From Gemmatimonadales bacterium (GTDB taxonomy: Bacteria > Gemmatimonadota > Gemmatimonadetes > Gemmatimonadales > GWC2-71-9), in NCBI GenBank assembly GCA_044221045.1, contig JBGAPX010000006.1, positions 780 through 64,779 of the forward strand: a stretch of 64,000 nucleotides of DNA, read 5' to 3'. Shown one piece after another: positions 23,969 to 32,352 of this stretch (within the stretch, counting starts at the first letter, position 1; every line of letters begins with the position of its first letter). The position numbers were made by a program, and so were the translations under genes. Under the pieces are notes generated by a model that searched no databases, was not told the DNA's origin, and worked only from the letters and a program-made list of their open reading frames with translations.

Positions 23969-25153
23969 ATGAAGACCTGCGTCCTCGCCTTCTCGGGCGG
24001 CCTCGACACCTCCTTCTGCGTCCCGCACCTGGCTGAGCAGGGCTGGGCCGTCCATACCGCCTACGTGAACACCGGGGGCGCCACCGCCGCCGACCTCGAC
24101 GCCATCGCCCGGCAGGCCGCGGCGGTCGGGTCGGTGCGGCACCATACGGTGGACGCCAGGCAGGCGGTCTTCGACCGGTTCGTCCGGTACCTCATCCAGG
24201 GGAACGTGCTGCGGGGCGAGGTCTATCCCCTCTCCGTGGCCGCCGAGCGGACCCAGCAGGCGCTCTCCGCCATCGAGGTGGCGCGCCAGGTGGGCGCCAC
24301 GGCCGTGGCGCACGGTTCGACCGGCGCCGGCAATGACCAGGTCCGGTTCGACATCGCCTTCCGGGTGCTGGCTCCCGACCTCGAGGTGATCACGCCCATC
24401 CGCGAGCTCGGGTTGCAGCGCGACCAGGCGATCGCGTACCTCGAGGCGCGGAAGCTGCCCGTCCCGCCGAAGGCGGGTGCCTATTCGATCAACCGGGGCC
24501 TGTGGGGCACCACGTGGGGCGGCGGCTGGACGCATGACACGTGGGCCGGCCCTCCCGCCGAGCTGGTCGACCCGCCCGCCGACGCGCCTGCCCCGCGGGA
24601 AATCCTCCTCGGCTGGGAGCACGGTATTCCCGTCAGCCTCGATGGCGCCCCGACCGGCGGGCCCGAGCTGATCCGTCAGATCGGCGACCTGGGCGAGGCC
24701 TACGGATTCGGCCGCAACATCCACGTCGGCGAGACGGCCCTCGGGATCAAGGGCCGGATCGGATTCGAGGCCGGCGCGGCGCTGCTGCTCATCGCGGCGC
24801 ACCGGGAACTGGAGAAGCTGGTCCTCACCAAGTGGCAGGCCTTCTGGAAGGACCAGCTGGCCCGCTTCTACGGTGACCGGCTGCACGAGGGGCACTACTT
24901 CGACCCGGCCCTCCGCGACATCGAGGCGCTCCTGACCAGCAGTCAGCAGCGGGTGAGCGGTGAGACCCGGGTGCGGCTGGCCCCAGGGCGGTTCCAGGTG
25001 GTCGGCACCCGCAGCCCATTCTCCATGATGGACCGCAGCGTGGCCACGTACGGCGAGGAGAACCGGCTGTGGACCGGCGCGGAGGCCCAGGCCTTCAGCC
25101 GCGTCTCGGCAATTCCCGAGCTCCTCGCGGAGCGGGTCCTCCACAAGCGGTAG
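23969..25153 (+). CDS. argG: Argininosuccinate synthase
   Basis: LAFSGGLDTS, HGSTGAGNDQVRFD, YSINRGLWG, GIKGRIGFEA. Confidence 0.95.
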   Translation: MKTCVLAFSGGLDTSFCVPHLAEQGWAVHTAYVNTGGATAADLDAIARQAAAVGSVRHHTVDARQAVFDRFVRYLIQGNVLRGEVYPLSVAAERTQQALSAIEVARQVGATAVAHGSTGAGNDQVRFDIAFRVLAPDLEVITPIRELGLQRDQAIAYLEARKLPVPPKAGAYSINRGLWGTTWGGGWTHDTWAGPPAELVDPPADAPAPREILLGWEHGIPVSLDGAPTGGPELIRQIGDLGEAYGFGRNIHVGETALGIKGRIGFEAGAALLLIAAHRELEKLVLTKWQAFWKDQLARFYGDRLHEGHYFDPALRDIEALLTSSQQRVSGETRVRLAPGRFQVVGTRSPFSMMDRSVATYGEENRLWTGAEAQAFSRVSAIPELLAERVLHKR

Positions 25154-25241
25154 GCGGCGGCAGGCGACCGGCGCCGGGCGGGATGGAACGGCCATCCCGC
25201 CGGCCTCGGTCTTCTCCATTCTCCCGGCAGGAGGACGTCCC

Positions 25242-26324
25242 ATGGTGAAGACCACCCGCATCCGGCTCGACAAGATCTCGTCGAGCACCCGGAACGCGCA
25301 CCTGACGGCGGAGGTGATCCTCGGTGACGAGATCATCGCGGCCGAGGGGTACGTGCTCGCCGTGCGGATCCTGCACGACAAGTCGAGCTACAACACGATC
25401 GAGGACCTGTCGGGGCGGATGGTCTCCCTCCGTGCCGGCGACGTGCTGGCGGGGACGCTGGGGCACCGGCGCGCGCTGCGCGGCTATGCCGGCGTGGTGC
25501 CGAGCCACGTGGCCGTGGGCGACACCATCGAGGTGCTCAACCTTGGCGGCATCCTGGGGCGCTGCACCTCCGCCAACCCGGAGAACGGCATGCCCTTCAA
25601 GGCGGAGGTGCTGGGCGCGATCCTGACCTTCCCGGCGCTCGGCGACCGGATCGGCCACCCGGCGCACATCAAGGACCATTCGGTGCCGGTGGCGGAGCGG
25701 CTGGAAAGCCAGGTGCCCGTGGTCTACATCGCCGGCACGTGCATGAACGCGGGGAAGACCGTGGCCGCCACCGAGCTGGTGCGGGGCCTCAGCCGCTCCG
25801 GGCTCCGGGTGGCGGCGAGCAAGCTGACGGGCGTGTCCTTGATGCGCGACGCGCTGTCCATGGTGGACGCCGGCGCCATCGCGGCGCTCACCTTCAACGA
25901 CATCGGCATCGCCACCACCCGCGCCGGGCTGACCGTCACGGCCGCCAAGGGGATCTTCAACCGGCTCGCCGCGAGCAAGCCGGACGTCATCGTGGCGGAA
26001 CTGGGCGACGGGATCCTCGGCGAGTACGGGGTGCAGGACATCCTCCGCGACCCGGAGCTCACCGGCGTCGGGGCGGCCTACGTGATGGCCGCGCCGGACC
26101 CGGTCGGGTGCTGGGGCTCGGTGACACTCATGCGTGACCTGTTCGGCCTGCCGGTGACCGTCCTCACCGGGCCCGCCACCGACAACGAGGTGGGCCGCGA
26201 CTACGTGAAGGCGGAGCTGCGGCTCCCGGCCTTCAACGCGCTCCGCGAGGCCCCCGCGCTGGTCGAGGTGGTGCGCCAGGCGCTCGACGCGCGCCTGGCC
26301 GCTCCCGCCCTGGCGGGGGCGTAG
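25242..26324 (+). CDS. DUF1611-like (DgcN-related) P-loop protein; candidate glutamate N-acyltransferase
   Basis: GTCMNAGKT, KLTG, DAGA...F.D.G..TT, ELGDGILG motifs recalled from DUF1611-annotated proteins. AGGAGG RBS, inside the arg operon. The function is inferred. Confidence 0.65.
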   Translation: MVKTTRIRLDKISSSTRNAHLTAEVILGDEIIAAEGYVLAVRILHDKSSYNTIEDLSGRMVSLRAGDVLAGTLGHRRALRGYAGVVPSHVAVGDTIEVLNLGGILGRCTSANPENGMPFKAEVLGAILTFPALGDRIGHPAHIKDHSVPVAERLESQVPVVYIAGTCMNAGKTVAATELVRGLSRSGLRVAASKLTGVSLMRDALSMVDAGAIAALTFNDIGIATTRAGLTVTAAKGIFNRLAASKPDVIVAELGDGILGEYGVQDILRDPELTGVGAAYVMAAPDPVGCWGSVTLMRDLFGLPVTVLTGPATDNEVGRDYVKAELRLPAFNALREAPALVEVVRQALDARLAAPALAGA

Positions 26325-26329
26325 CCCGG

Positions 26330-27376
26330 ATGGCGCTCCGGGTGGCGGTGATCGGGGCCGCCGGCTACGTCGGCGGTGAACTGCTGCGGTTGCTGGCCGA
26401 CCACCCGGAGGTGGGTTCGGTCGTCGCCACCAGCCGCAGCAAGGCCGGCGCCCCGGTGGCCGAGACGCATCCGCAGCTGGCGCCGCTCACCGACGCACGC
26501 TTCTCAGGTGCTACCCCCGCCGAGGCGGCCCGGGAGGCCGACGTGGTGTTCCTGGCGCTGGAGCATGGGGAATCGTCAAAGGTGGCGGGAGAGATCCTCG
26601 AGGCCGGGGCGGCGCTGGTGGTCGACCTGGCCGCCGATTTCCGGGTGCAGGACCTCGAGCTGTACGCCCGTTACTACGGGCAGCATCCCGCGCCGGCGCT
26701 GGTGCCGCAGTTCACCTACGCGCTGGCCGACGTGCTGGGCGAGTCGCTCCGGGGCAGGCGCGCGCTGGCGGCGCCGGGCTGCTTCGCCACCGCGGCCGAG
26801 CTGGCGCTGTACCCGTTCGGCGGGCTGGGTGGGGGGCTCCTGCCGGCGCTGTTCGGCGTGACCGGGTCGAGCGGCAGCGGGGTGCACCCGAAGGCCACGA
26901 CGCATCACCCGGCGCGGGCCCACAATCTGTTCGCCTACTCGGTGCTGGGGCACCGCCACGAGGCCGAGATCCTCGAGCGCTGGCGCGCGTGGACCGGGAC
27001 CCCGGCCGCGCGGGCCCGGCTCATGACGCACTCGGGCCCGTTCGTGCGGGGGATCCACCTGACGCTGCACGTGGACCTGGAACCGGCGCGCGCGGCCGCG
27101 GGGGCGGTGGATGTCCGGTCCCGGTTCCGCGACGCCTACGCGGGGCGGCCCTTCGTCCGGCTGGTGGACCAGCCGCCGGAGCTGACCCACGTGATCGGCA
27201 CCAACCACGCCCTGATCCACGCGGCCCAGTCGGCGGACGGCCGCGAGGCGCAGGTGATGGTGGTGATCGACAACCTGGTGAAGGGCGCCGGCGGGCAGGC
27301 CATCCAGGCGATGAACCTCGCACTGGGGCTGCCGGAGACCGCGGGACTGCGGTTCGGCGGGCTCTATCCCTGCTGA
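26330..27376 (+). CDS. argC: N-acyl-gamma-glutamyl-phosphate reductase
   Basis: VIGAAGYVGGEL, DLAADFR, APGCFATA, GSSGSG, IDNLVKGAGGQAIQAMN. Confidence 0.95.
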   Translation: MALRVAVIGAAGYVGGELLRLLADHPEVGSVVATSRSKAGAPVAETHPQLAPLTDARFSGATPAEAAREADVVFLALEHGESSKVAGEILEAGAALVVDLAADFRVQDLELYARYYGQHPAPALVPQFTYALADVLGESLRGRRALAAPGCFATAAELALYPFGGLGGGLLPALFGVTGSSGSGVHPKATTHHPARAHNLFAYSVLGHRHEAEILERWRAWTGTPAARARLMTHSGPFVRGIHLTLHVDLEPARAAAGAVDVRSRFRDAYAGRPFVRLVDQPPELTHVIGTNHALIHAAQSADGREAQVMVVIDNLVKGAGGQAIQAMNLALGLPETAGLRFGGLYPC

Positions 27377-27404
27377 GCAGGGTCTCCCCGAAGGAGGTGG
27401 CGGC

Positions 27405-28421
27405 GTGACCAAGCGGGACTTCATCACCGTCGAGGACTGGTCGGCCGAGGAGGTCGACGCGCTGCTCGCGCTCGCGGCGAAGGTCAAGCGGGGCGAGGTG
27501 CTGGGCGGCCTCGAGCGGAAGGTGATGGCCATGGTCTTCATGGACCCGAGCATGCGGACCCGGACCAGCTTCGAGACGGCCATGTACCTCCACGGCGGGC
27601 ACGCGGTGGTCCTGGAGCCGGGCAAGAGCAGCTGGAGCCTGGAGACCGAGATGGGTGCCGTCATGGACGGCACCACGGTGGAGCACCTCAAGGACGCCGC
27701 CCAGGTGCTGGGGCGGTACGCCGACGTGGTCGGGGTCCGCTCCTTCCCGCGGGGGGACGACTGGGCCAGCGTCCGGGAGGACCACGTCATCCGGGACTTC
27801 GCGCGTTACTGCGGGAAGCCGGTGATCAACATGGAGTCCACCCGGCGCCATCCCTGCCAGCAGCTGGCCGACGCCCTGACCCTGCGGGAGAAGCTGGGCG
27901 ACCCACGGGGCAAGCGGTTCGTGCTCATGTGGGCCTGGCACCCGAAGGCCCTGCCGACCGCCGTCCCGGCCAGCGCGGCGCTCGCCGCGGCGCACCAGGG
28001 GATGGAGATCGTGATCGCGCGGCCCGACGGCTACGAGCTGGACCCGGAGGACACCGCGCTGATCCGGCGGATCGCGCAGGCGCGGGGGGGCGAGTTCGTG
28101 CACATCATCAACGACCCCGACGAGGCGCTGGTCGGGGCGGACGTGGTGTACGTGAAGAGCTGGGGGTCGGTGAAGCAGTTCGGGCGGCCGGAGGAGGAGG
28201 CGGCGCTGCGCCGGGGGCTGCGGGACTGGCGGCTGACCGCCCCCAGGCTCCGCTCCACCCGCGAGGGCCGGGCCACGGTGATGCACTGCCTCCCGGTACG
28301 GCGCAACGTGGAGATCGACGACGCGGTGCTCGACGGTCCCACCTCGGCGGTGGTGGACGAGGCGGAGAACCGGCTGCACGTGCAGCGGGCGCTGCTGCTG
28401 GAGCTGATCGGCGGGCGGTAG
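27405..28421 (+). CDS. argF: N-acylornithine carbamoyltransferase (ArgF'; predicted N-succinyl-specific)
   Basis: SMRT, EH...VRSFP, HPCQ, HPKALP, HCLPVRRN: acylornithine-type transcarbamylase motifs rather than canonical OTC (STRT, SMG). Confidence 0.92.
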   Translation: MTKRDFITVEDWSAEEVDALLALAAKVKRGEVLGGLERKVMAMVFMDPSMRTRTSFETAMYLHGGHAVVLEPGKSSWSLETEMGAVMDGTTVEHLKDAAQVLGRYADVVGVRSFPRGDDWASVREDHVIRDFARYCGKPVINMESTRRHPCQQLADALTLREKLGDPRGKRFVLMWAWHPKALPTAVPASAALAAAHQGMEIVIARPDGYELDPEDTALIRRIAQARGGEFVHIINDPDEALVGADVVYVKSWGSVKQFGRPEEEAALRRGLRDWRLTAPRLRSTREGRATVMHCLPVRRNVEIDDAVLDGPTSAVVDEAENRLHVQRALLLELIGGR

Positions 28422-28448
28422 GCGGACGTCATACTTCCGGGGACCAGG

Positions 28449-29393
28449 ATGACACGGATGAGCATCGATACCTCGAAGGGCATCACCGGGCTCAAGGGCG
28501 CGCTCCGCTACGTGCGCGCCTACCGGGACAACGTCTTCGTGGTGAAGCTGGGCGGCGACGTGCTCGCCGACACCGAGGCGCTGGACCGGGTGGCGGGGCA
28601 GATCGGGCTGCTCTCCTCGCTCAACATCCGGATCGTCCTGGTGCATGGCGGTGGGCCGCAGGCCACCGCGCTGTCGCGCCGGCTGGGGCAGGAGCCGGTG
28701 ATCGTCGCGGGCCGCCGGGTGACCGACGACAGCGCGCTCGACGTGGCCAAGATGGTCTACGCCGGCACCCTCAACGTGAACCTGCTCGCGGCCCTCCGGG
28801 CCCACGAGGTGCAGGGCGTGGGGCTCTCCGGCGTGGACGCCGACCTGCTCTCGGCCCGCCGCCGGCCGCCGGTCACCGTGGTGGACGACGCGGGGGTCTC
28901 ACGCGAGGTGGACTTCGGCCACGTCGGCGACGTGGACCGGGTGGACCCGCGGGTGCTGCTGACGCTGCTCGACGCCCGCTTCGTGCCGGTGGTGGCCAGC
29001 CTGGCCGGCGACGGGGAGGGGCAGGTCTTCAACGTCAACGCCGACACCGTGGCCGAGTCGCTGGCCGTGGCGCTCAAGGCGCAGAAGCTGCTGTTCCTGA
29101 CGGGCGCCCCCGGGGTGCTGCGCGACCGCGCCGATCCCTCGAGCCTGGTGACCTTCGCCGACCCCGACGACCTGGCGGCGCTCATGTCCAGCGGCGCGAT
29201 CGCCGGGGGCATGCGTCCCAAGGTGGAAGCCTGCATCCGCGCCGCGACCGGCGGGGTCGAGCGCACCCACATCATCGACGGCCGCCTTCCCGATTCCATC
29301 CTGCTCGAGGTGTTCACCGGGGCGGGGTGCGGGACGATGATCGTCGGCCGCAAGGAAAAGGCGACCTACCTTGGCGTGGACCTCGCGACCTGA
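28449..29393 (+). CDS. argB: N-acylglutamate kinase
   Basis: VVKLGG, LVHGGGPQ, NVNAD, GGMRPK; 314 aa, no fused GNAT domain. Confidence 0.93.
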   Translation: MTRMSIDTSKGITGLKGALRYVRAYRDNVFVVKLGGDVLADTEALDRVAGQIGLLSSLNIRIVLVHGGGPQATALSRRLGQEPVIVAGRRVTDDSALDVAKMVYAGTLNVNLLAALRAHEVQGVGLSGVDADLLSARRRPPVTVVDDAGVSREVDFGHVGDVDRVDPRVLLTLLDARFVPVVASLAGDGEGQVFNVNADTVAESLAVALKAQKLLFLTGAPGVLRDRADPSSLVTFADPDDLAALMSSGAIAGGMRPKVEACIRAATGGVERTHIIDGRLPDSILLEVFTGAGCGTMIVGRKEKATYLGVDLAT

Positions 29394-30447
29394 GATCGGC
29401 CTGCTCCGCGACCTGGTCGCGATCCACTCCGTCAGCGGGACCGAGGAGGGGATTGCCCGCTGGGTGGTGGAGTGGGCGGAAGCGGCCGGGCTCGCCGCGG
29501 CGCGGGACGATGCGTCCGTGGCGCTCACCGTGCCGGGACGGGCGGCCGGCCCCACGCTGGCGTTCGTGTCGCACCTCGACACGGTGCCGGCGGGGGAGGG
29601 GTGGACTCGTCCGCCCTTCGCGCCGACCATCGAGGACGACCGCCTCTACGGCCGCGGCTCGGGCGACGCCAAGGCCTCGGTGGCGGCCATGCTGATGGCC
29701 GCCCGTGACCTCGCCGAGGCGGGGGGCCCCGCCCGCGGCCGGCTGCTGGTGATCCTCGGCTATGAGGAAGAGACCAAGCACACCACCATGGGCACCGCGG
29801 TGGAACGGCTGGGCCCCATCGACGCGGCCGTGGTGGGGGAACCCACCAACCTCGAGCCCGCGATTGCCCAGCGCGGCCTCATGATGGCCGACCTGGTGGC
29901 CCGCGGGGTGCAGCGCCACGCCGGCTACGCCGCCGACAACCCCGACTTCACGAACGCCATCGTCGAGCTGGGGCGTAACGTGGCGAAGCTGCCCGCCCTC
30001 TTCCGGGACCGGGTCCACCCCATCCTGGGCATCGCCACGGCCACGCCCACGATGCTCGAGGGCGGCGTGAGCCGGAACGTGACGCCGCCGGTGGCGCGGG
30101 CGGTGCTCGACGTGCGCAGCACCCCCAACTGGACCCACGCCGAGCTGGCCGAGGCGCTCCGGGCGGCGCTCGACGTGGAGGTGGTGATCACCTCGGACCG
30201 GCTGGTGCCCTGCGAGACCCCGGCCGCCTCCCGGCTGCTGGCGGTGGCGCAGGCCATCCGCCCCGAAGGGAAGCCGTTCGGTTCTCCCACGTGCTCCGAC
30301 TGGGTATTTTTGCGAGACAAGGACGCCATCAAGTGCGGGCCCGGTACCAGCCGCCGGTCGCACACCCCGGACGAGTTCGTGGACCTCCCCGAGGTCACGG
30401 CCGCCCGGGACTTCTACCGTCACCTCGCCCAGGCCTACCTCGCATGA
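29371..30447 (+). CDS. argE: M20-family deacylase (ArgE-like; acyl-citrulline/ornithine deacylase)
   Basis: SHLDTV, GRGSGDAK, YEEE, GEPT, SHTPDE; operon context. Start uncertain (TTG overlapping argB). Confidence 0.85.
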   Translation: MAWTSRPEIGLLRDLVAIHSVSGTEEGIARWVVEWAEAAGLAAARDDASVALTVPGRAAGPTLAFVSHLDTVPAGEGWTRPPFAPTIEDDRLYGRGSGDAKASVAAMLMAARDLAEAGGPARGRLLVILGYEEETKHTTMGTAVERLGPIDAAVVGEPTNLEPAIAQRGLMMADLVARGVQRHAGYAADNPDFTNAIVELGRNVAKLPALFRDRVHPILGIATATPTMLEGGVSRNVTPPVARAVLDVRSTPNWTHAELAEALRAALDVEVVITSDRLVPCETPAASRLLAVAQAIRPEGKPFGSPTCSDWVFLRDKDAIKCGPGTSRRSHTPDEFVDLPEVTAARDFYRHLAQAYLA

Positions 30448-31889
30448 GCAAGCCCAAGAAGTCCCGCCCCACGGGACGCCGGCCCGCGGACGCGCCGGCT
30501 CCCGCCCTGCCGACGACGCTCTGGGTCTCGAGCAACTCGCTGGACCGCCAGATGCTCGACTACACCGCGACCGAGGACCGGCTCTGGGACGGCCGCCTGA
30601 TCGCGTGGGACATCCTCGGCAGCCTGGGGCACATCGAGGGGCTCCGCGCCTCCCGGCTCCTGTCGCAGGGCGAGTACCAGAAGATCCGCGCCGGCCTCCG
30701 CCTGGCGCTGCGCGAGGTGGACGAGGGGCGCCTGGTGCTCGGGCCCGAGCACGAGGACGTGCACACCTGCGTCGAGGACTGGCTGGTGCGGCGCACCGGC
30801 GCGGCCGGCGAGCGGCTGCACACCGGGCGTTCGCGCAACGACCAGGTGGCCTGCGACCTCCGGCTCTACCTCAAGGACCGCCTGCTGCTGCTCTCCGGCG
30901 AGGCGCTCGACCTGGCCGAGAGCCTGCTGATGTTCGCGACCCGCTACCAGCGAGTGCTGTGGCCGGGGTACACCCATACCCGCCGGGCCATGCCCTCGTC
31001 GGCCGGCCTGTGGGCCGCGGCCTTCGCCGAGGGGATCATCGACGTGGTCGAGGCGCTGCCGGCGGTGTGGGCCAAGGTGGACCGCTCCCCGCTGGGCAGT
31101 GCCGCCGGCTACGGCGTCCCCCTGCCGCTCAAGCGGGAGGCGGCCGCGAAGGCCCTCGGCTTCGGGGCCCTGGAGCACAACGTGGCGCTGGTCCAGAACA
31201 GCCGCGGCAAGCTCGAGGCGCTGGTGCTCTTCTGGTGCGTGCAGCTGGGCCACGAGCTCGGCAAGCTCAGCACCGACATCATCACCTTCAGCGCCGACGA
31301 GTTCGGGTTCCTGGTGCTGCCGCCCGACCTGGCCACCGGCAGCAGCATCATGCCGCACAAGCGGAACCCCGACCTGTTCGAGCTCACCCGCGGCCGCGCC
31401 GCTGCGCTGGAGGGCGACCTGCTCACCGTCTTCCAGGTCAAGAGCAAGCTCGGCAGCGGCTACCACCGCGACTTCCAGCTGATCAAGGAGCCGGTCATGC
31501 GCGGCGTGGACCGCCTCGAGGGCATGCTGTCCATGCTCGCGGTCGCGGTGCCGCGGCTGGGGGTGGACGCCTCCGTGGGGCGCGACATCCTCTCCGGCGG
31601 GCCGCTCGCCACCGACGAGGTGATGCGGCGCGTCGAGGGCGGCAGCGCCTTCCGCTCGGCCTATCGCGAGGTGGCCGCTGCCATCAAGGAAGGCGACTGG
31701 TGGCGCGAGCCGGCCACCGACGAGATCATCAGCCGCCGCCGCAGCACCGGCGGGCTGGGCAACCTGGGCCTGGGGATGGTCCAGGGACGCCTGCGCGCCT
31801 GCCGCCGCTGGGCCGACCGGGAGCAGCGGCGGTTCGATGGCGCGATGCACGCGCTCGCCGGCCGTGGCGGCGCCCGCGGACGGTCATGA
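30444..31889 (+). CDS. argH: Argininosuccinate lyase
   Basis: LHTGRSRNDQV, PGYTH, GSSIMPHKRNPD; ATGA overlap with argE. Confidence 0.95.
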   Translation: MSKPKKSRPTGRRPADAPAPALPTTLWVSSNSLDRQMLDYTATEDRLWDGRLIAWDILGSLGHIEGLRASRLLSQGEYQKIRAGLRLALREVDEGRLVLGPEHEDVHTCVEDWLVRRTGAAGERLHTGRSRNDQVACDLRLYLKDRLLLLSGEALDLAESLLMFATRYQRVLWPGYTHTRRAMPSSAGLWAAAFAEGIIDVVEALPAVWAKVDRSPLGSAAGYGVPLPLKREAAAKALGFGALEHNVALVQNSRGKLEALVLFWCVQLGHELGKLSTDIITFSADEFGFLVLPPDLATGSSIMPHKRNPDLFELTRGRAAALEGDLLTVFQVKSKLGSGYHRDFQLIKEPVMRGVDRLEGMLSMLAVAVPRLGVDASVGRDILSGGPLATDEVMRRVEGGSAFRSAYREVAAAIKEGDWWREPATDEIISRRRSTGGLGNLGLGMVQGRLRACRRWADREQRRFDGAMHALAGRGGARGRS

Positions 31890-32341
31890 GCGGCGACCGG
31901 CGCAAGCGGCTCCTCAAGATCCTCGAGCTCATCAGCACCCGCCCGGTGCGGACCCAGGAGGAGCTCGCCGACGCCCTCTCCGCCGAAGGCTGGAAGGTGA
32001 CCCAGAGCTCGGTGAGCCGCGACATCGCCGCGCTCAAGCTGGTGAAGGTCGACGGCGCCTACCAGCGGCCGGCCCGGATCGCGGCCGTCCCGGAGCATCC
32101 CGATGAACGGCGCATCGCCGAGGGGGTGCTCACGGCCGACCCCGCGGGCGACGCGCTGCTGGTCCTGCACACCCCCGCCGGCGAGGCCAACCGCGTCGCC
32201 GTGGCCATCGACCGGCTGGCCTGGCCAGACGTCATCGGGAGCATCGCCGGGGACGACACGATCTTTCTCGCCGTGACCCACGGCGCCGCGCAGCAGCGCC
32301 TGCTGCGGCGCCTCCGCCAGCTGACCGACACCCGGCGTTAG
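31886..32341 (+). CDS. argR: Arginine repressor
   Basis: RTQEEL...VTQSSVSRDI winged HTH; GSIAGDDTIFL arginine-binding motif. Confidence 0.95.
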   Translation: MSGDRRKRLLKILELISTRPVRTQEELADALSAEGWKVTQSSVSRDIAALKLVKVDGAYQRPARIAAVPEHPDERRIAEGVLTADPAGDALLVLHTPAGEANRVAVAIDRLAWPDVIGSIAGDDTIFLAVTHGAAQQRLLRRLRQLTDTRR

Positions 32342-32352
32342 GCCTGCCCACC

